From assembly GCF_000017305.1 (NCBI RefSeq), contig NC_009664.2:4590001-4622000 (forward strand): a stretch of 32,000 nt of DNA, written 5' to 3'. The DNA comes from Kineococcus radiotolerans SRS30216 = ATCC BAA-149 (GTDB lineage: Bacteria; Actinomycetota; Actinomycetes; Actinomycetales; Kineococcaceae). The notes beneath the pieces were generated by a model. That model saw only the letters and a list, made by a program, of their open reading frames with translations. It was not told where the DNA came from and made no database searches. Shown piece after piece: positions 31,823 through 32,000 of the stretch; position 1 is the stretch's first letter, and each line of letters begins with the position of its first letter. The translations under genes and the position numbers were made by a program.

Positions 31823-32000
31823 ATGGCGACGACGTCGACCGAGCGAGCACGGCGTGGTTCCCGCTACCGCGGGGAGCGGCTGCTGTGTGCGCTGGCGGTG
31901 CTGAGTCTGTCGGTGGCGGCCTGGCAGGTGTGGGTGAGCTGGTGGGCCGAGGATGCCCAGGCGCCGGCCGCGGCGGGGTGGTTGTACCTCGGTGCGGGCC
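31823..32000 (+). CDS. membrane protein, 3'-partial (runs off the window)
   Basis: ATG 31823 (or GTG 31820). MATTSTERARRGSRYRGERLLCALAVLSLSVAAWQVWVSWW...; open to the window end. Confidence 0.4.
   Translation, partial: MATTSTERARRGSRYRGERLLCALAVLSLSVAAWQVWVSWWAEDAQAPAAAGWLYLGAG

Overview
High-GC (about 70%) Actinomycetota-type chromosomal DNA with no rRNA, tRNA or core housekeeping genes. It reads as an accessory region of about 40 mostly small, functionally unrelated genes. Recognisable products are two ECF sigma / membrane-partner pairs, a PP2C/SpoIIE phosphatase, a CX5R tyrosine phosphatase, a DUF1772 + NmrA-like + AraC module, a DJ-1/PfpI protein, a cytidine-deaminase-like/ASCH fusion, a P-loop kinase, an ABM monooxygenase and a WapI-like immunity-type protein. 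The rest are small membrane, secreted or hypothetical proteins.

The dominant feature is a short conserved intergenic repeat, core GGGATGACCG followed by TGA(A/G/C)GTCG-like sequence. I count 34 recognisable copies plus at least 12 degenerate ones. Every copy is on the + strand, whichever way the flanking genes point. One or more copies sit in almost every intergenic gap, so the window is cut into about 30 gene cassettes of roughly 1 kb each. Many copies have an upstream partner arm (GATCATCGCC / GGTCATCG) that would form an imperfect hairpin with a bulge.

This architecture resembles an integron-like cassette array or an oriented REP-like system, but it lacks canonical attC signatures and no recombinase gene is present in the window. 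It is my main candidate for an undescribed system.

The region also carries one IS3-family element inserted into a cassette gene, and an unusually high load of disrupted genes: two in-frame TAG stops and two frameshifts. There are also several tandem repeats. All gene starts are inferred by eye from ORFs, GC3 and RBS-like motifs and are approximate.
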